A DNA stretch of 64,000 bases from Nageia nagi. Its lineage: Eukaryota > Plantae > Pinophyta. The stretch is taken from positions 25,482,001 through 25,546,000 of the forward strand of contig JBITNC010000002.1 in NCBI GenBank assembly GCA_050084985.1, given 5' to 3'. Made by a program: the position numbers and the translations under genes. Below the pieces are notes generated by a model. It was not told where the DNA came from and ran no database searches. It was given only the letters and a program-made list of their open reading frames with translations. Positions 1 to 14,018 of the stretch are shown here, in pieces; positions within the stretch are counted from its first letter, which is position 1; each line of letters begins with the position of its first letter.

Positions 1-3000
1 TAAAAAAGTTAGTTGCTACAAAAAGAAAAGAGAGGAAAAGAATAAAGGCAATGGTGATGTAAATAACTTCAAAGAAAAGAAGAATATTCAAGTTGGTTTT
101 GCTACAGAACTCTACTCCATGTCTCACACTTTTTCATTTGATTAGATTATTAACTCTTGTTAAACTAATCACCCATGTTTTGAAAAGAAAAAGTTTGAAA
201 ATTTTCACAAGTATAGATAAGATGCAATTATGATAGGTGATAACTATATCCTTGAAGTCTAAGAAATTAGGAGTGTGTTGATTCATGGGAAGGTTCTTGA
301 TAATATGCTCTATGTTCCTAAGCTTAAGATGAACCTTCTCTCCATGATCCAAGTTGCTAGGAAAGGATACTCATTTGAGTTCAACTCTCAATCTTAGTAT
401 ATAAAGAAAGGACTTGCCACTTTGATTAAAGAATCAGTAAAAGATTATCTCTACATTGTAGATCAAGTTCTATCAAAGATATGTCTTACTACAAGTGTAT
501 GTTCTAAAGGTAATCTTTGGCACCAACATTTAGGACACCTTAACTACAAGAGTATTCAAGTCAAGAAAGACCAAGAACTTGTGAAAGGTTTGCCTTTTAT
601 TTCATTTTCAATTGGTCTATGTGAGAAGTGCATCCTTGATAAAATGCATAGGCAAAAGTTTGAAAAAGATAAGGCAACAAGAGCATCTCAACCTCTTCAA
701 CTTGTGCATTTAGATTTGATGGGTTTGTTTTAGACTAAGTCATTTGGAGGAGCATTTTATGTCTTAACCTTCATTGATGACTTTAATAGAATGACCTTTG
801 GGTATCTACTTGAGCATAAGGATAAAACCTTTGAGAGTTTTAAGGTTTTTAAGGTCTTAGATGAAAATCAAACAAATCTCAAAATCAAGATGTCGAGATC
901 AGATAATGGAGAAGAATATAATAGCAATGAGTTCAATGTCTATTGCACTAAGTATAGAATCAAGAGGTATTTTATAATTCTATAAACTCCTTAGCAGAAT
1001 GGTGTTGCTGAAAGGAAAAATAGGATAATTATGAAGATGGCTAGATGCATGCTGGGTAATCTTCATAGTTTCTTATGGATGAAGCTGTGAGCATTGCTAT
1101 TTACACTTTGAATAGGTGTCCCACAAAAGTTATTCAGGGTAAATTTTCTTTTGAGGCATGGTCAGGAAGAAAACCTAACATTTCTCACCTTAGGGTGTTT
1201 ATTTGTGAAGCATTCTCCTACATTATTTTTGAGAAAAGAAAAAAGTTGAACAAAAGAGCTAAAAATGCATCTTTATGGGTTATGACAATTAGCACAGAGG
1301 CTACATGCTCTACTCTCCATCCTATAAAGCGATGTTCATTTCAAGAGATGTTAAGTTCAATGAACTTATTAAAGAATCTATTTCTAATGAGGATATAGAT
1401 GATCCAAATGACTCTTCAATTGCACCTAGCTGGTTGGAAATTGATGTAGATAAGTCACCTTAGGATCAAAATTCTCCAACTCAATGGGTAACAAGGAGCA
1501 TGAGCTTGAACAAATCCTTATTTACCAAGATTGATAATAAGCATAAGCCCTCCACCTTCAAAGAAGTTTATAAGCACAAGTGCTAGATGGAAGCCATGAA
1601 AGTGGAGTATGAGGCATTTATGAAAAATAAAACTTGGAATTTGATTCCTTATCCTAATAAAAAGAATGTGATTGGCAATAAGTGGATCTACAAGGTCAAG
1701 TTCAATTCTGTTAGAGATATTGAGAAATACAAGGCAAAGTTAGTAACCAAAGGTTTTGCTCAAAAATATAGTGTAGATTATGAGGAAACCTTTACTCCCA
1801 TGGTAAATATGCTTATCATGAGAATTATCCTTGCTCTTTTTACAGCTCAAGGATGGAAAGTTTTTCAACTTGACGTCAAGAGTGCATTTCTCAATAGAGA
1901 CTTGGATGTGAAAATTTTCATGAATCAACCAGAAGGGTTCATTATGGAAGGTAAAGAGTCCTTTGTATGCAAGCTAAAGAAGTCATTATATGGACTTAAT
2001 TAAGCATGTAGGGCTTGGTATAAGAAGCTTTTTGGGTACTTTGTAAACATTGGTCCAAGTGTTTTTCTGATTTTGATCTATATGTGCTCAATCAAGAAAA
2101 ATACATAGTCTTGATTCTCCTTTATGTGGATGATCTTTTGATTACTGGGAATAATGATGAAATTATTCAAGAGAGCATATCCAAACTTAAAGTAGCATTT
2201 AAAATAATTGATCTTGGTCTCTTGCACTACTATCTTAGAATGTAAATGTATCAATATAAGGATTGTACTTATCTTAGTCAGTCTAAGTATATATCAGACA
2301 TCTTGCAAAAATTTGGAATGGAGGAGTGTAGATATGCTATGATCCCAATCTCTCCTAGAATCTCTGTTTCTCTAAGCTGCAACTCTCAATTGATTGATGT
2401 TATAGCTTATAGGTAATTAATTGGTATTCTTTTGTATTTAACTATTTCTAAGCCAGATATTACCTTTGTAGTGAATCTGATGGCTTGATTTATGCAGAAA
2501 CCGTATGTTGAGAACCTTAATGTTGTTAACCAAATCTTGAGGTATGTTGCAAGAACAAAGAATCTTACTTTTAAGTATTCTAAGTTACCTTCATTTGTTC
2601 TCTCAAGGTTCTCAAATTCTGACTATGGGGGAGATAGAGATAATAGAAAATCAACCTTTGCATATGTTTTTAGCATTGGTCCAGGTGCTATCTCTTGGAC
2701 TTCCAAGAAGTAGCCTATTATTTCTCTTTCCACTATAGAAGTCAAATACCATGCCATATCTGTTGCAGCCTAGGAAGCTATTTAGCTAAGGCATATTTTG
2801 AACAAAATTAGGTATAAGTAAGCTGGCTCATCTTTGATTTTTTCAAATAATCAATTGGCTATTTCTGACTAAGAATCTTATGTTCTATCAGAGAATAAAA
2901 AATGTGAAAATCTAGGCCCATTTTATTAGGGAGAAGGTTCTTTATGACATCATACACCTGGAGTATTGTCCATCTACCTTGAACTTCATTGATTTATTCA

Positions 3001-4290
3001 TCAAGCCCTCTTGGAAGCTCAGTTCTATAAGCTTAGGGATGCTATCGGGTTGGTGAAGTTACCCTCAAGGGGGAGTGAAGTTTGAATTCTTGTATTTAAT
3101 TCATGTTTGTGATGACATCTTCACCCTTAGAAGGATTTTATGCTATATAATGTTGATTTTGTTATACACCTTCATGGTAAGTTTGCTCTACATGAGGAAT
3201 TTATTATACAAATTTTTAAAGCAAAAAGATTAGCCAATCTAGCACTATTCAATTATCTATATGTGAGGAACTCTTATGTGTCTTTTGGCACTATTCAGTT
3301 ATCCATAAGTGAGGAACTCGTATGTGTATGCTCTATTTTGTAATGATAATCAACACATATTTTATATATACAGCAAGTGACTATAAGTTTTGGCTTGGCA
3401 TCTTTGTGCTGACTTATAGTGCACCATTGATAAGTTTATGATGGCATTCATGTGATTCATCTATCCTTGTTGATATGAATATGTTGCATCTAACTGATCT
3501 TGTTATTTGATCTGCTTATGACCTACAGATTCCTTTGAAATTAGAAGTTACTTTGGATATGCAAGCTCTTGGAGACTCTTCATGACTTCCAATTGGATGA
3601 TTACTTCATGTGCATTGAAATTGATTACGGTTAATGATTGTATTTGGCAAAGTAGTGAGTCTCAAACTAGATCTTGATTACTTTACAAATATGTAAAAAT
3701 TTCTCATCTTCAATTGTATCTATTTGGAGGGGAACTCTCTTACTTTCTCTTCTTCTTCTCTCTTATTCACTCTATCCCAATATTGCAATAAGGGGGAGTG
3801 TTGGAATGTATAACGCATTATTGTAAAAGTTATGTAATAATCTTCTATGTAAGTTCACTAATACTTAAGGGTATCATTTGACACCTTAATTATTTAAGTG
3901 AATATGATAATGTAACTTGTCCTACACTCCATGTCATGAGCATGCCCTTGGGTAAAAGGATGTGCATGTCATGCTTTTGTACATTGGGTAAAAGGGTTAT
4001 CCAAAGAGGGATTTTGGCCTATAAATAGAAGGCTCCCTCTTTGAATCATACACCAATTTGTGGAGTAATGCTAGTGGATAGCATTTAGGAGAAAGGTTTA
4101 GGAGGATTGTAAGAGTTCATATTTGTTAAGAAGTAAGATCTAGTTAGTGGATGTACTCCTAGTTGAAGGAACCACTTACATATTGAGTTATCTTTATGAG
4201 ATTGCTTTGTGAATTATTTAGATGTTATTTGTGAGCTTTCATGTGATCTTGGTAGTTTAGGATTTTTTTAGTTATATTTCAATCCTTACA
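1..4290 (+). mobile_element. Degenerate Ty1/Copia LTR retrotransposon (5' end outside window): protease, GAG-pre-integrase, integrase, RT and RNase H remnants plus a probable 3' LTR
   Basis: ORF fragments carry Copia motifs in Copia order: [71 protein letters not shown]. There are many stops and frameshifts. PPT-like AAGGGGGAG at ~3067 and ~3790; TGTTGG at 3799; TATAAATA near 4020; tentative end ..CCTTACA at 4290 (3' boundary uncertain). Confidence 0.9.
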
Positions 4291-7200
4291 TATCTAAGAT
4301 AGCTAAATATTTACATGCTTTGGTAAGTGATGAATATTATTTGGATAGTTTTGTTATACATTATAAACATTAGCATTCATGCTCACCTGAGAGTTCACAC
4401 TTATTTGAGCATTCGTGCTCATGTTCTGAAGGAAAACTATGCACTTCTTGTTTTGAAACTGATATTTTTTTTAGTAGAGAAAATATAAAACATGAATATT
4501 TTTACAATTTTCCAATGGATTGTACAAAAATGTTTAAAGCTTAAATTGAATAAGGTTTGATAAAATTCAAAAAGGGAAATGCATATGATAACATCAAAAG
4601 TAGACCTAGTTAGTATAAAGAGGATAATTTTTGCTTATATCATAGAGTCAAAGGTCATTCAACCAATGGATGTATTAGCATAAAAACAAAATTGCATCAA
4701 CTCTTAGAAAGTGGATAAATTACTTTTTGCAATAATGAAATTCTTGTTGTAGATGAATCTGATGATACCAATAATATAAAGGATATTGATAATACTAATG
4801 ATGTCATTTTTGTTGATGCTGACACTAGTAATAAGTTTGTTAAAGATGATGATGCATTAACAAATTTGCTAGTACAAGCACACATGGCTTAAGAAAAATA
4901 AGAATTCTTCCACTTGCTAGAGAAATTGCAATATTCATTATCCATCATTGATAAGATATTTGAAAATTATGGAGCAAAATTAGCAATTGAGATTTGTAAG
5001 GCAATACATCAAGCAATGATAAGTAAGTTACCTAATGTTACATTAGTCTTTTTCTTTATCATATAGATTTTGAACGCATTATCATATAGGATAGGCATGC
5101 ATTTTCATATTGCATTACATATTGTATCTTGTGTTTATTTCTTCCCTCTTTGTTGGTTGGGGGCAAAATAAACCATCATTTTATTGACTCTACATGTCTT
5201 GTTTATCACATATTCTAAAGTTTGTTCAAGTCATTCATGTTTAGTCAAGTTTGTCCAAGTTTTTCAAATTTGTCAAAGGCCTTTTGGGGTGAAATTAGTC
5301 ATTAAAATAAAATAAAAAATTTAGAAACAAACATGTTAGGATTAGATTGGCATGATAAGTTTACGGGGTAAATTTTGACATGATTTTCTTAAGGAAGCCA
5401 AACACGAATGCTAGTGTAATTTATTATAATAGTAAATCTAATTTGATAATTGGATAGAGCTAAAAAAATCATGCAAAATAAAAAAAGAATCATCTCAAAA
5501 TTATTTACAAAATAAAAGTTATGGTCATTTGAAGTTTTTAAGTCTAGCAACCATGAAACAGATTTGTTTTGGCCCCTAAATATGTTATTTTTTGCTCAGA
5601 TAGTGATCAGGTTTGATAAAAGCATGCTACTTTTTCTTTTTGATATAAAAAGAATCAGGTTAATCCAATATTTTTAGAAACCATTATGCTTCTTGCAAGT
5701 TGATAGTTTTGTGACAATCACATGTTTTGCAAGAATGAGCTAGTCATGAACCAAGAAGATAAAAATCATGAAATACAAAATCAACATCTCATATCTAAAT
5801 GTAAGCATGTTATCATGTTTTTAAATATAATTTGATCATTATTTATCATGATTACATGCAATTTGGAGTTATGTCAAGGATATATGCATAATTATTAGAA
5901 ATTGGGATCAGAATATTAGTATGAAATAGAGGATCAAATGATAAAATTTTTCATTTTAGAATGTGAAAGTATCCTAGCATCTGCTCTAGGGTATATCAGT
6001 AATGCAATGTTAGCAATGGTGGTAGCATTATCTCTAACATTTCTAGCTCATATCATCTTAGTTCAATGATATATTCATAATTAGTTGAGATCAATTTCAA
6101 TTAAAAGCATACTATCAAATTATGATAGCAATAAAGCATTCAAATAAATAGCATTCGCACTAATAGTAGTGTCTGCATTGGGGAAAATTTACATTTTTGG
6201 TTTATAATGTAAGATCTGGAGGCATGCACTCAGGCATTTACCAGGAAAAGTTTCTATCTCTTACTCTTTTATGACTTCTATGTTCAGTTTATGCACATTG
6301 CTATGATTATGATCACATACATGCTTGTTTTATTGGAAAACAAAATCAATCTATTGCTTAGTAAAATGTATATCTTTGCACATGTTTGATAAATGACATC
6401 ATTTCTAGTTTGGCTAAACTAAAATCATTTCTTTAATATCATATTCTTGCTAATGTTAAATGCATATATGCTTCATTAATCAAATACTTTCTTTATCAAA
6501 GTTATTTAGGATATAATATTTTTAGTATCTTGCTTTAATGCTTTATATCTTTACATACACAATGAATACATGTAATTTTTTTGCTTTTACAATTATTTGT
6601 TAATCATGTCCTTATTGGATGGACGTTAAATAACCATCATTATTTTATGATCACTTAGTTGGGACTAAACCAACCGTTCTTTTGGTTAGTTTGTTGATTG
6701 AGACTAAACAAATCATCATTCTAATTACCAAATTATCATTGTAAGCATATTTTATTATGATCTTATGTGTTTGCATCTAGGAATGGGGCATGTACCCCAT
6801 GATGATATTTACACACCTTGTTATGATCTTGTATATATGCATCTAAGAATGAAACATTGAGTATTTTTGTGATGATATATATCTAAGAATATGATTTTGG
6901 TGTCCTCAAGATAATGTATGCATATTATATTAATTTCATCCTTGCTTTTACTTGCTATATCATTTGTGATAAAATGAACTGTTATGATGATTTACTCTCA
7001 CTATCATTGTTATTCTTTTATGAGTTAACCATCACATATATGCTTTGAAGTTTGGTGTTTTGTCTCTTATTTTCATGGTATTATTTTCTCTATATTGATT
7101 ATACTTCATGTGATCCATTACATATCACAACCAAGGCAAAGAAGGGGCAATATACATTATCATTCCTTGATGATTTAGATAGTTCTATAGATAAACTAGG

Positions 7201-9369
7201 GAAGTATCAAATTTTTCTTCTCTTTACCTTTACTTCCTTTGCAAGCATAATATCATTTCAAAATTCATTCTCATTATATTTTTAATACAGGCATCTACTG
7301 ACACCTAAAATCGATCCCCTCAACATGGTCCCACTTAGGTGCAACATTACATACATGTTTAATCACACTTTATCATATTTCAATCATATTTTACCTTGTT
7401 ATCACATATTATTTATGTTGTGTTCTTGTTTTTATGTTAGGTACACTAGGACATCTTCAACCTTCATATAAGCAGTCAAATAGTGATATCACACCTGATA
7501 TAAATGTAAGTATCTCTAACCTAGGGAATACATGTCGAGATTGCATTTTGATAGCCAGTACCCTACACTTCTAGGTATTTCTAAATGCCACTTATTGAGA
7601 TTATAATCTTGTTATCACTCAAGAAAATATTTATCATCCATTTTCATGATCATATGCTTGGTTCAACTTATCAACATATTTGCTATTACTGATCCTTATT
7701 GGTGGACCTCATTCCTTTGGAATACTAGCACCCACACTAAAGTGAAAATCCATGCTGAGCTCTTGGAACCTAGTGACCATGATGAGATACTTTTTGCTAT
7801 TAACCATAAGGTTCGCACATCAAGGTCATATTTCCTCGATAAGTTTATCCTATATAGATTCGACCTTGACACGGGTAAGGAAACATAAATATTTATATTA
7901 CACTTGATTCCATCTCTTTAGCATGTGCATTCGTTCTATATCTTGACATCGACATAATTCATAGTTTTTTACTATTGTACTTTCTATTTACTATTATTCA
8001 TGTATGTTTATTTGAGTTAAATAGCTTAGATACTACATATTTTAATATTTATGTGTATTTAGTTCATTTAGGCCAAAACCTTAGGTGTACCAAAACACAT
8101 ATCAATAGAATACCTTAATCCATCATGAAGGAGGATCTCTTGAGGTGTGAATGATGTTTGATGAGGCACAATGATATAACCCCAAGAAACAATCCTTCAA
8201 GAATGATGTCACAAGTCAAATTTCACACTCAAAATGCTTTAAACTTAAAAAGTACTCATGAAAATGAAGTGTTAATCTTTGAAAATGGATCCCATGTCAC
8301 TTATTTATAGACAACACAGTCAAGATCATTTGGATGACTTTGATTCCACATGATCATTCGAATGATTAGCCAAACATCTGGATGACTAGGATCTAGTGTT
8401 AAAATTGTCAAAATACCAAAGTATCATCAATTTAACCTATGGGAAGCATTACATCATATGTTAGTATAACATATCATGATATGATAATAAAAGTATAGTA
8501 AAAGCCTATAAAACACCATCATAAGGTAAAAATACAATTTTGTGGTGTTTACAAGTATGATATGCTAATCAATTATTTTTATGATTTTGAGATATCATAA
8601 TTCTATATATAAAAATATTAACATTTAAGAGATCTAAGCATATTAAAGTCATCATGATTTATTATCTAAATATATTTCCCTCATAAACCATGATAGTCAA
8701 CAATTAATAAATAACCCAAAAGGGTTGAATTGGTGCTTCTTGAAAAGAAATATTATGACCTAAATGGCTGTACCCTCATGGGGAAGAGGCTCATGGGTAA
8801 TGATGATAAAAATGAGTCAAATGAACCTCGAAAAATATATGCTTATGATGTTTTGATCTTGATGTTTTTTATTTAAGGCACACTTAATAAAATAAGCTCT
8901 AAAAGAATGATAATGTAGAAATGATGAATGCTTTTGATGATTTTGATTTTTGATATTTTTAAATAATGTGACAATATGAGCATGATATACAAATATATAT
9001 GCCATATAATTTGATGTAAAATTATGCTCAAAATGATGTATAGATAATGATATGTTATGATGTCAAAATATGATGAGACAATAGCTCATGATAGGCTAGG
9101 AGATGAGTGATTGGTACTATATACCCTAATATTTCCACTACTAAATAACATCAAAAGGAGGAGTAGTCTTAATATTGACTCTTAAAATGTCAAGAGGAAT
9201 GTAATGTATATTAATGAATGCAAACAAGTGATATATGTATGAATGTGAACAAGTGATATATGTATGAATGTGAAAATGTAAGACAATGCTTGTGTTGATT
9301 CCTAATTATTCAATTAAAAAAAAATGTGATGGATGAACAGGAATAAATTTAATATGTGGAGAAAAGAAA

Positions 9370-10900
9370 TTATTTTATTGAACATAATGATGTTAATTTA
9401 AAAACTTTTGATGATGTTGACGTAGAATCATAAGATAACATTGATGTTGAATCTTGAGATAATGTTGATGTTGTAATACAACATGATATTATAGATATAG
9501 AGTATGTGATTGAAACATCATTTGTGATGAAAGTATCAAAGGGTGTTAATTTTCCTTTTATCTCATATAAAAAAGGTGGTGGAATATCCACCATGATTAT
9601 TGCTTGTTGGATGGGATTTCTTTTATTTTTATTTTTAATATATTTATTTATTTCATCAACTTGGATAAAACCCATAAAATCTCGATATTGAGTTGTTATA
9701 ATCTCATGATATAATTGATTTAATAATGTTGATGTAGTATCCACTTTATTTACATCATGTCTAAGAAAAGGATCTTGATAGATCCCTAAACATTGATTTA
9801 GTGCCATAATTGGAACTCCTATTATGACTTGTTTATTCTCAATCATGTCTTGGACTATATATCTCAATAGCATACACACATTCATGTCATGATCGTTTTG
9901 CCTATGATAGTTGCAAACTCATGTTCTTTGTACCATGGTCTTGTGGATGCATATAGGTTTTTCTTGATTTTGGGCAAAGTAATAATATTTGCTTCAAGTA
10001 ATCTTTAAATGATATTTTCTAATAGTTATAGAAAAGGTGGAAACTTATTAGGAAGTCTAGGTGGTAAAGTTGTTTGATTGTTATGATTCCCTTGAAGTTG
10101 AGATTGTAATATGACTTGTGGGTTATTTCTCAATTGATTTGTTTGTTACATCACTTGTATAATTGGTTATACTTATTGAACTTCAAATGACACTTGATTT
10201 TCTTGTAGCTTTTGATAGGATGCATTATTGTTATTGCCACCATTGTTGCAATGATTTTGATTATTATCTTTCTTTCTCATTTTGATCTCTCCTTCTTGGG
10301 TCTTAACTTACTCAATAAGCTTATTTGGTGTCAAGGATATTGGAAATAAAATGAAAGAGTAACATTGTATTAATGAGAGTATCAATAAATACATCAAGTA
10401 TCAGGAGTTATATTCTCATACAATAACAAAATTGAATTATAAAATCTATATTTATATGGATTGATATATACATCATTTTTATACATAAATATGATTACAC
10501 TAATTGTTAAGTTTAATGGACAATTCATATTATGATTTATTAAGAAGGTTTGAAAAGATGATTTTAGCATTGAAAATGATATTTGAGTCGATAATAGTAA
10601 TAAATTGAGAAAATGTTGAATATTTTGAATCAGGTACACCTTATAGGTCAAGGAAGGAATATCTTGGTATAAGATATTCAAGAGACTTATTTTGAGGTAT
10701 TTTATTTATGCTTGGTGTGATGCATAAATTATATAGTTGCATTCATATGAAAAAGAGTTATCATGATTTTGTATATTCTAACTATTTAATACCCTTGGCC
10801 AAAGTAATATTGAAGATATTTGAGAAACCTTGGATACGATATTTGATATTGAAAAGTTGTTAACAGAATTATTATATTGTAATAATTTGAGAAAGAGATA
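9370..10900 (-). mobile_element. Highly decayed Ty3/Gypsy-type gag remnant
   Basis: Minus strand around 9830-9920 reads CNYHRQNDHDMNVCMLLRYIVQDMIENK. This resembles the CxxHxxxGHxxxxC knuckle plus IQDxI motif of plant Gypsy Gag. Boundaries are approximate. Confidence 0.5.
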
Positions 10901-12189
10901 AATAAAATGTATTTGAAAAATATAATGTGTTGAAAAAAAAACTTATGTATACAAGATATTTTGATGGCACTTATTATGTTAATAAGAAAGATGCATTATT
11001 ACCTTCATAAATGTTTGGAATTGTAGGAATTAAGTTAATGTATCTTGAGACGTTACACTTGGTGATTAAATATGAAATGATAAAAAAATAGCTTTATCTT
11101 GAATTATATTTTAATGATGTTGAATGAATATATGTTTAGGTAATCAATGTAATCATTAGAAATGTAGAATTAACTTGAAGAAGAATGTTTTAAGCAATAA
11201 TTTAAAGAATAAATTAATTAAGAATAAAAATGTATTTAAGAATAAAATAATTAATAAATTTATATATTGATTGGACACCTCATTTTATGGAATAGTAATA
11301 TTTGTGATCATATGTTGTAATGACACCACTAGGGATATGGGCTTGTGGATGTTGAAAAGGATGGTGGAATCTAATCAATGGATATGGGCACACAATATAT
11401 TTGTATTGTTATTGTGTGAAGTAAATAATAGTTAATTCTTTCTCAGGTTAAGTGAAAGCAAGATGATTGTACCATAAGGTAATGAGAATTATATAAGACT
11501 AATTATCATTACTAACAATTATCTTATTCACAGGTGAAGTGAAAATAAGGTAACTGTACTAAAAGGAAATAGGTGTAATATAAGATTACTTATTAGGTAA
11601 CGATATGATAGCCTTGGGAAGAGTAAAATCTTGGGCGATATAGGACCTAAGAGGAACCTAATCTATGATATGATCAAAATGTCTTTAATCACAAGTATCG
11701 TAACCAGAAATGGAGTGGTCACCTAAAGGCATCTCTTCTAACAAGTATTATTGGAAGAGTAAACTTTAAGAAACATAACTACTATGGGGTCTAGTCAACG
11801 TAGTCCACTTGGATGGTCGCCTACAATGACTATTAATCCAAAAGTGGGGATTACCTTGCTCATTCATGGGTGTATAATAATCATAAAAATAACACTTATA
11901 GCTTTAAGATCATATTGTTAGTGATTAACCACGAGTTGATCCCAAGAAAAAGCATGGGTGATAGGAGCCAACCATAATGTTGATATATTGGTTATAATCA
12001 AATTAAATAAATCATATTTAAAAAAAGAAGAAGTTTTGAACTAACTTTAACTAACTAATTTTGGTCCACGATAAACTAACCCAAAAATCAATATTTTTAA
12101 ATAAAATTTGAGCTGTTTAATAAAATGTTTTACTCTCTAAATTCATCAAACATAAATTTTTAAAATCTTAAAAATTATTTATAAATAAA

Positions 12190-12690
12190 GATTCATGCTT
12201 AAAAGGAACCTTGATTTCATGGTTTGTAATTGTTGCAAGATGCACACAAAATATCTTTTATGAAAAATACCCTAAGATATGTATGCAAAATATGGAAGAA
12301 TACACAAGGCTTGGGAATTATTTGATAAGATACATAATACAAATACAATTTCATGGTTTGTGATGATTACAGGATACACACAAAATGGGTTTTTAGAAAA
12401 AGGCCCTAAGATATATATGCAAAATATGGAAGAATACATAAGGCTCGAGAATGATTTGATAAGATGCATGATGCAAAATCACAGTTTCATGATTTTCAAC
12501 GGTTGTAAGATACACACAAAATGAATTTCGTAAAAAAGCCTTAAGACATGTATGCAAAATTTGGAAGAATAAATAAGGCCCAAAAACTGTTTAACAAGAT
12601 GCATAATGCAAAGATGGTTTCATGGTCTACAATAATTACAAGATACACACAAAATAATTTTTCTAAAAAATTCCCTAAGACACGTATATA
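12190..12690 (+). repeat. Tandem array (~134-135 bp unit, ~3.5 copies) of a PLS-class PPR gene fragment (pseudogenic)
   Basis: TAAGA(T/C)A at 12273, 12407, 12542 and 12676. One unit translates as DMYAKYGRIHKAWELFDKIHNTNTISWFVMITGYTQNGFLEK, a typical PLS PPR segment. The frame breaks between units. Confidence 0.85.
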
Positions 12691-12959
12691 ATTTAATACA
12701 AAATAATACAAGACATAAACATACAATGAAAAATATAAAATAATAGCTACTTACAACTATGTTGTGCTCGCATTGTCTTTCCTCTCCTCTTCTCTACCCT
12801 CTCTCTCAAAATTGCAAATGAAATGCCTCACCTCTCCTCTCCTCTACCCCCTTGCCATGTTGAACTCAAAATGATCAAAAACTTAAAAAACTCTTTAAGT
12901 ACTCATCTTTACTTGAATAAGAAATATTTTATTTATGTTTGTTAGAGATAGAGGAGCAA

Positions 12960-13249
12960 TTTCAAATCACCTATCTATGATTTTTGGGGGCGGGTTAAAA
13001 CTACCCCTAAAAAAACTCCTTGCATTATCCATTTGTTTCTTCTTCCTTGTACCTTACTGTTTATTTTTCATCTTTTATTAAAGAAGTTTTTAAGCGGTGA
13101 TTTTAAATCGCCTCTTAGTGATTTTATGTGGACGGTTTAAAACTACCCCATAAAAAGCGCCACTAAAATTGCAAATATAGGTAGTTTAAAATTGTTGCAT
13201 CATAACCGCCTCAAATTACCCACCTCTAAAGCTCACATTTGGTCTAGTG
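12960..13249. mobile_element. CACTA (En/Spm) transposon terminus with subterminal repeats
   Basis: Ends ..CACATTTGGTCTAGTG at 13249 (reverse complement CACTAGACCAAATGTG). It is preceded by direct and inverted variants of TTTAAAACTACCC/TTTAAATCGCC. The partner end was not identified. Confidence 0.6.
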
Positions 13250-13996
13250 ATAAACCTCCATACAAAAGAACAAGGGGATAGTTAAGAGAAGGGAAATGCA
13301 AAGGAGAACAAAGCATAAGAAGGAATACATAGTCAAACAACGAGAAGAAAGCTCCGATTACTATACAATCCAAAGAGAAGGATAAAGATGAGTATAGGAA
13401 GGATTATACTAACCAAGTTATAGATTTGGATGAACAAAAAAATACTAAAATACTTTACACCTATAAGGAGGAAGGAGACTAACAAACACCAAGTAAATAA
13501 TTGATGTAGATGAAGAAAAGAATAACTCTAAAAATGCCAAATTGTTTCCTCAAGCACAATAGGATGTTAATAGAGGCAATCTTAAGGAAAGGTAAACCAA
13601 GCCTCGTCTTTGAAGGAGTGTTAAGTAACCCAACTAAAAAGGAGATCAAGGACAAGTTGTTGTATGCTACTTTCTACAAGAATAACTATAATAGCCTAGC
13701 AATCAAATTTCGAGATTATAATGAAAAAAAGGAAATTATTAAGATTGGGATATAACTTTGGAGTAGGTAGCAGACAATACAACACATAAAGAATATTCTC
13801 ACCAAAACCCCTATAGAGACAAATGCCAAATAAATGATAAGCCTTTTACATTCTTTGCATATAGCATGTTCTCTTTTTGGAAATGAAAGGAAATTATTTT
13901 GCTTCATTCCCCTTCTTCATAAAATTTTAATACATTGTGTAAGAAATCTTGATTGTTTTGCACTTAAAGGTTCTAGTGCTCTTTTAAAACTCCTAC

Positions 13997-14018
13997 TATA
14001 TATATATATATATATATA
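13997..14018. repeat. (TA)11 microsatellite
   Basis: Read directly from the sequence. Confidence 0.95.

Noticed and set aside
4300-9300. Additional LTR-retrotransposon boundaries (PPT-like AAAGAAGGGGCAA near 7140)
   Set aside because: Probably decayed LTR-element DNA, but no paired LTRs, TSD or coding motifs could be established.
12279-12524. Functional PPR gene
   Set aside because: Only a short fragment, with frame breaks between tandem units and no transit peptide or E/DYW domain.
13250-13800. Possible LINE ORF1 fragment
   Set aside because: Purine-rich and coding-like, but no diagnostic motif, so too weak to call.
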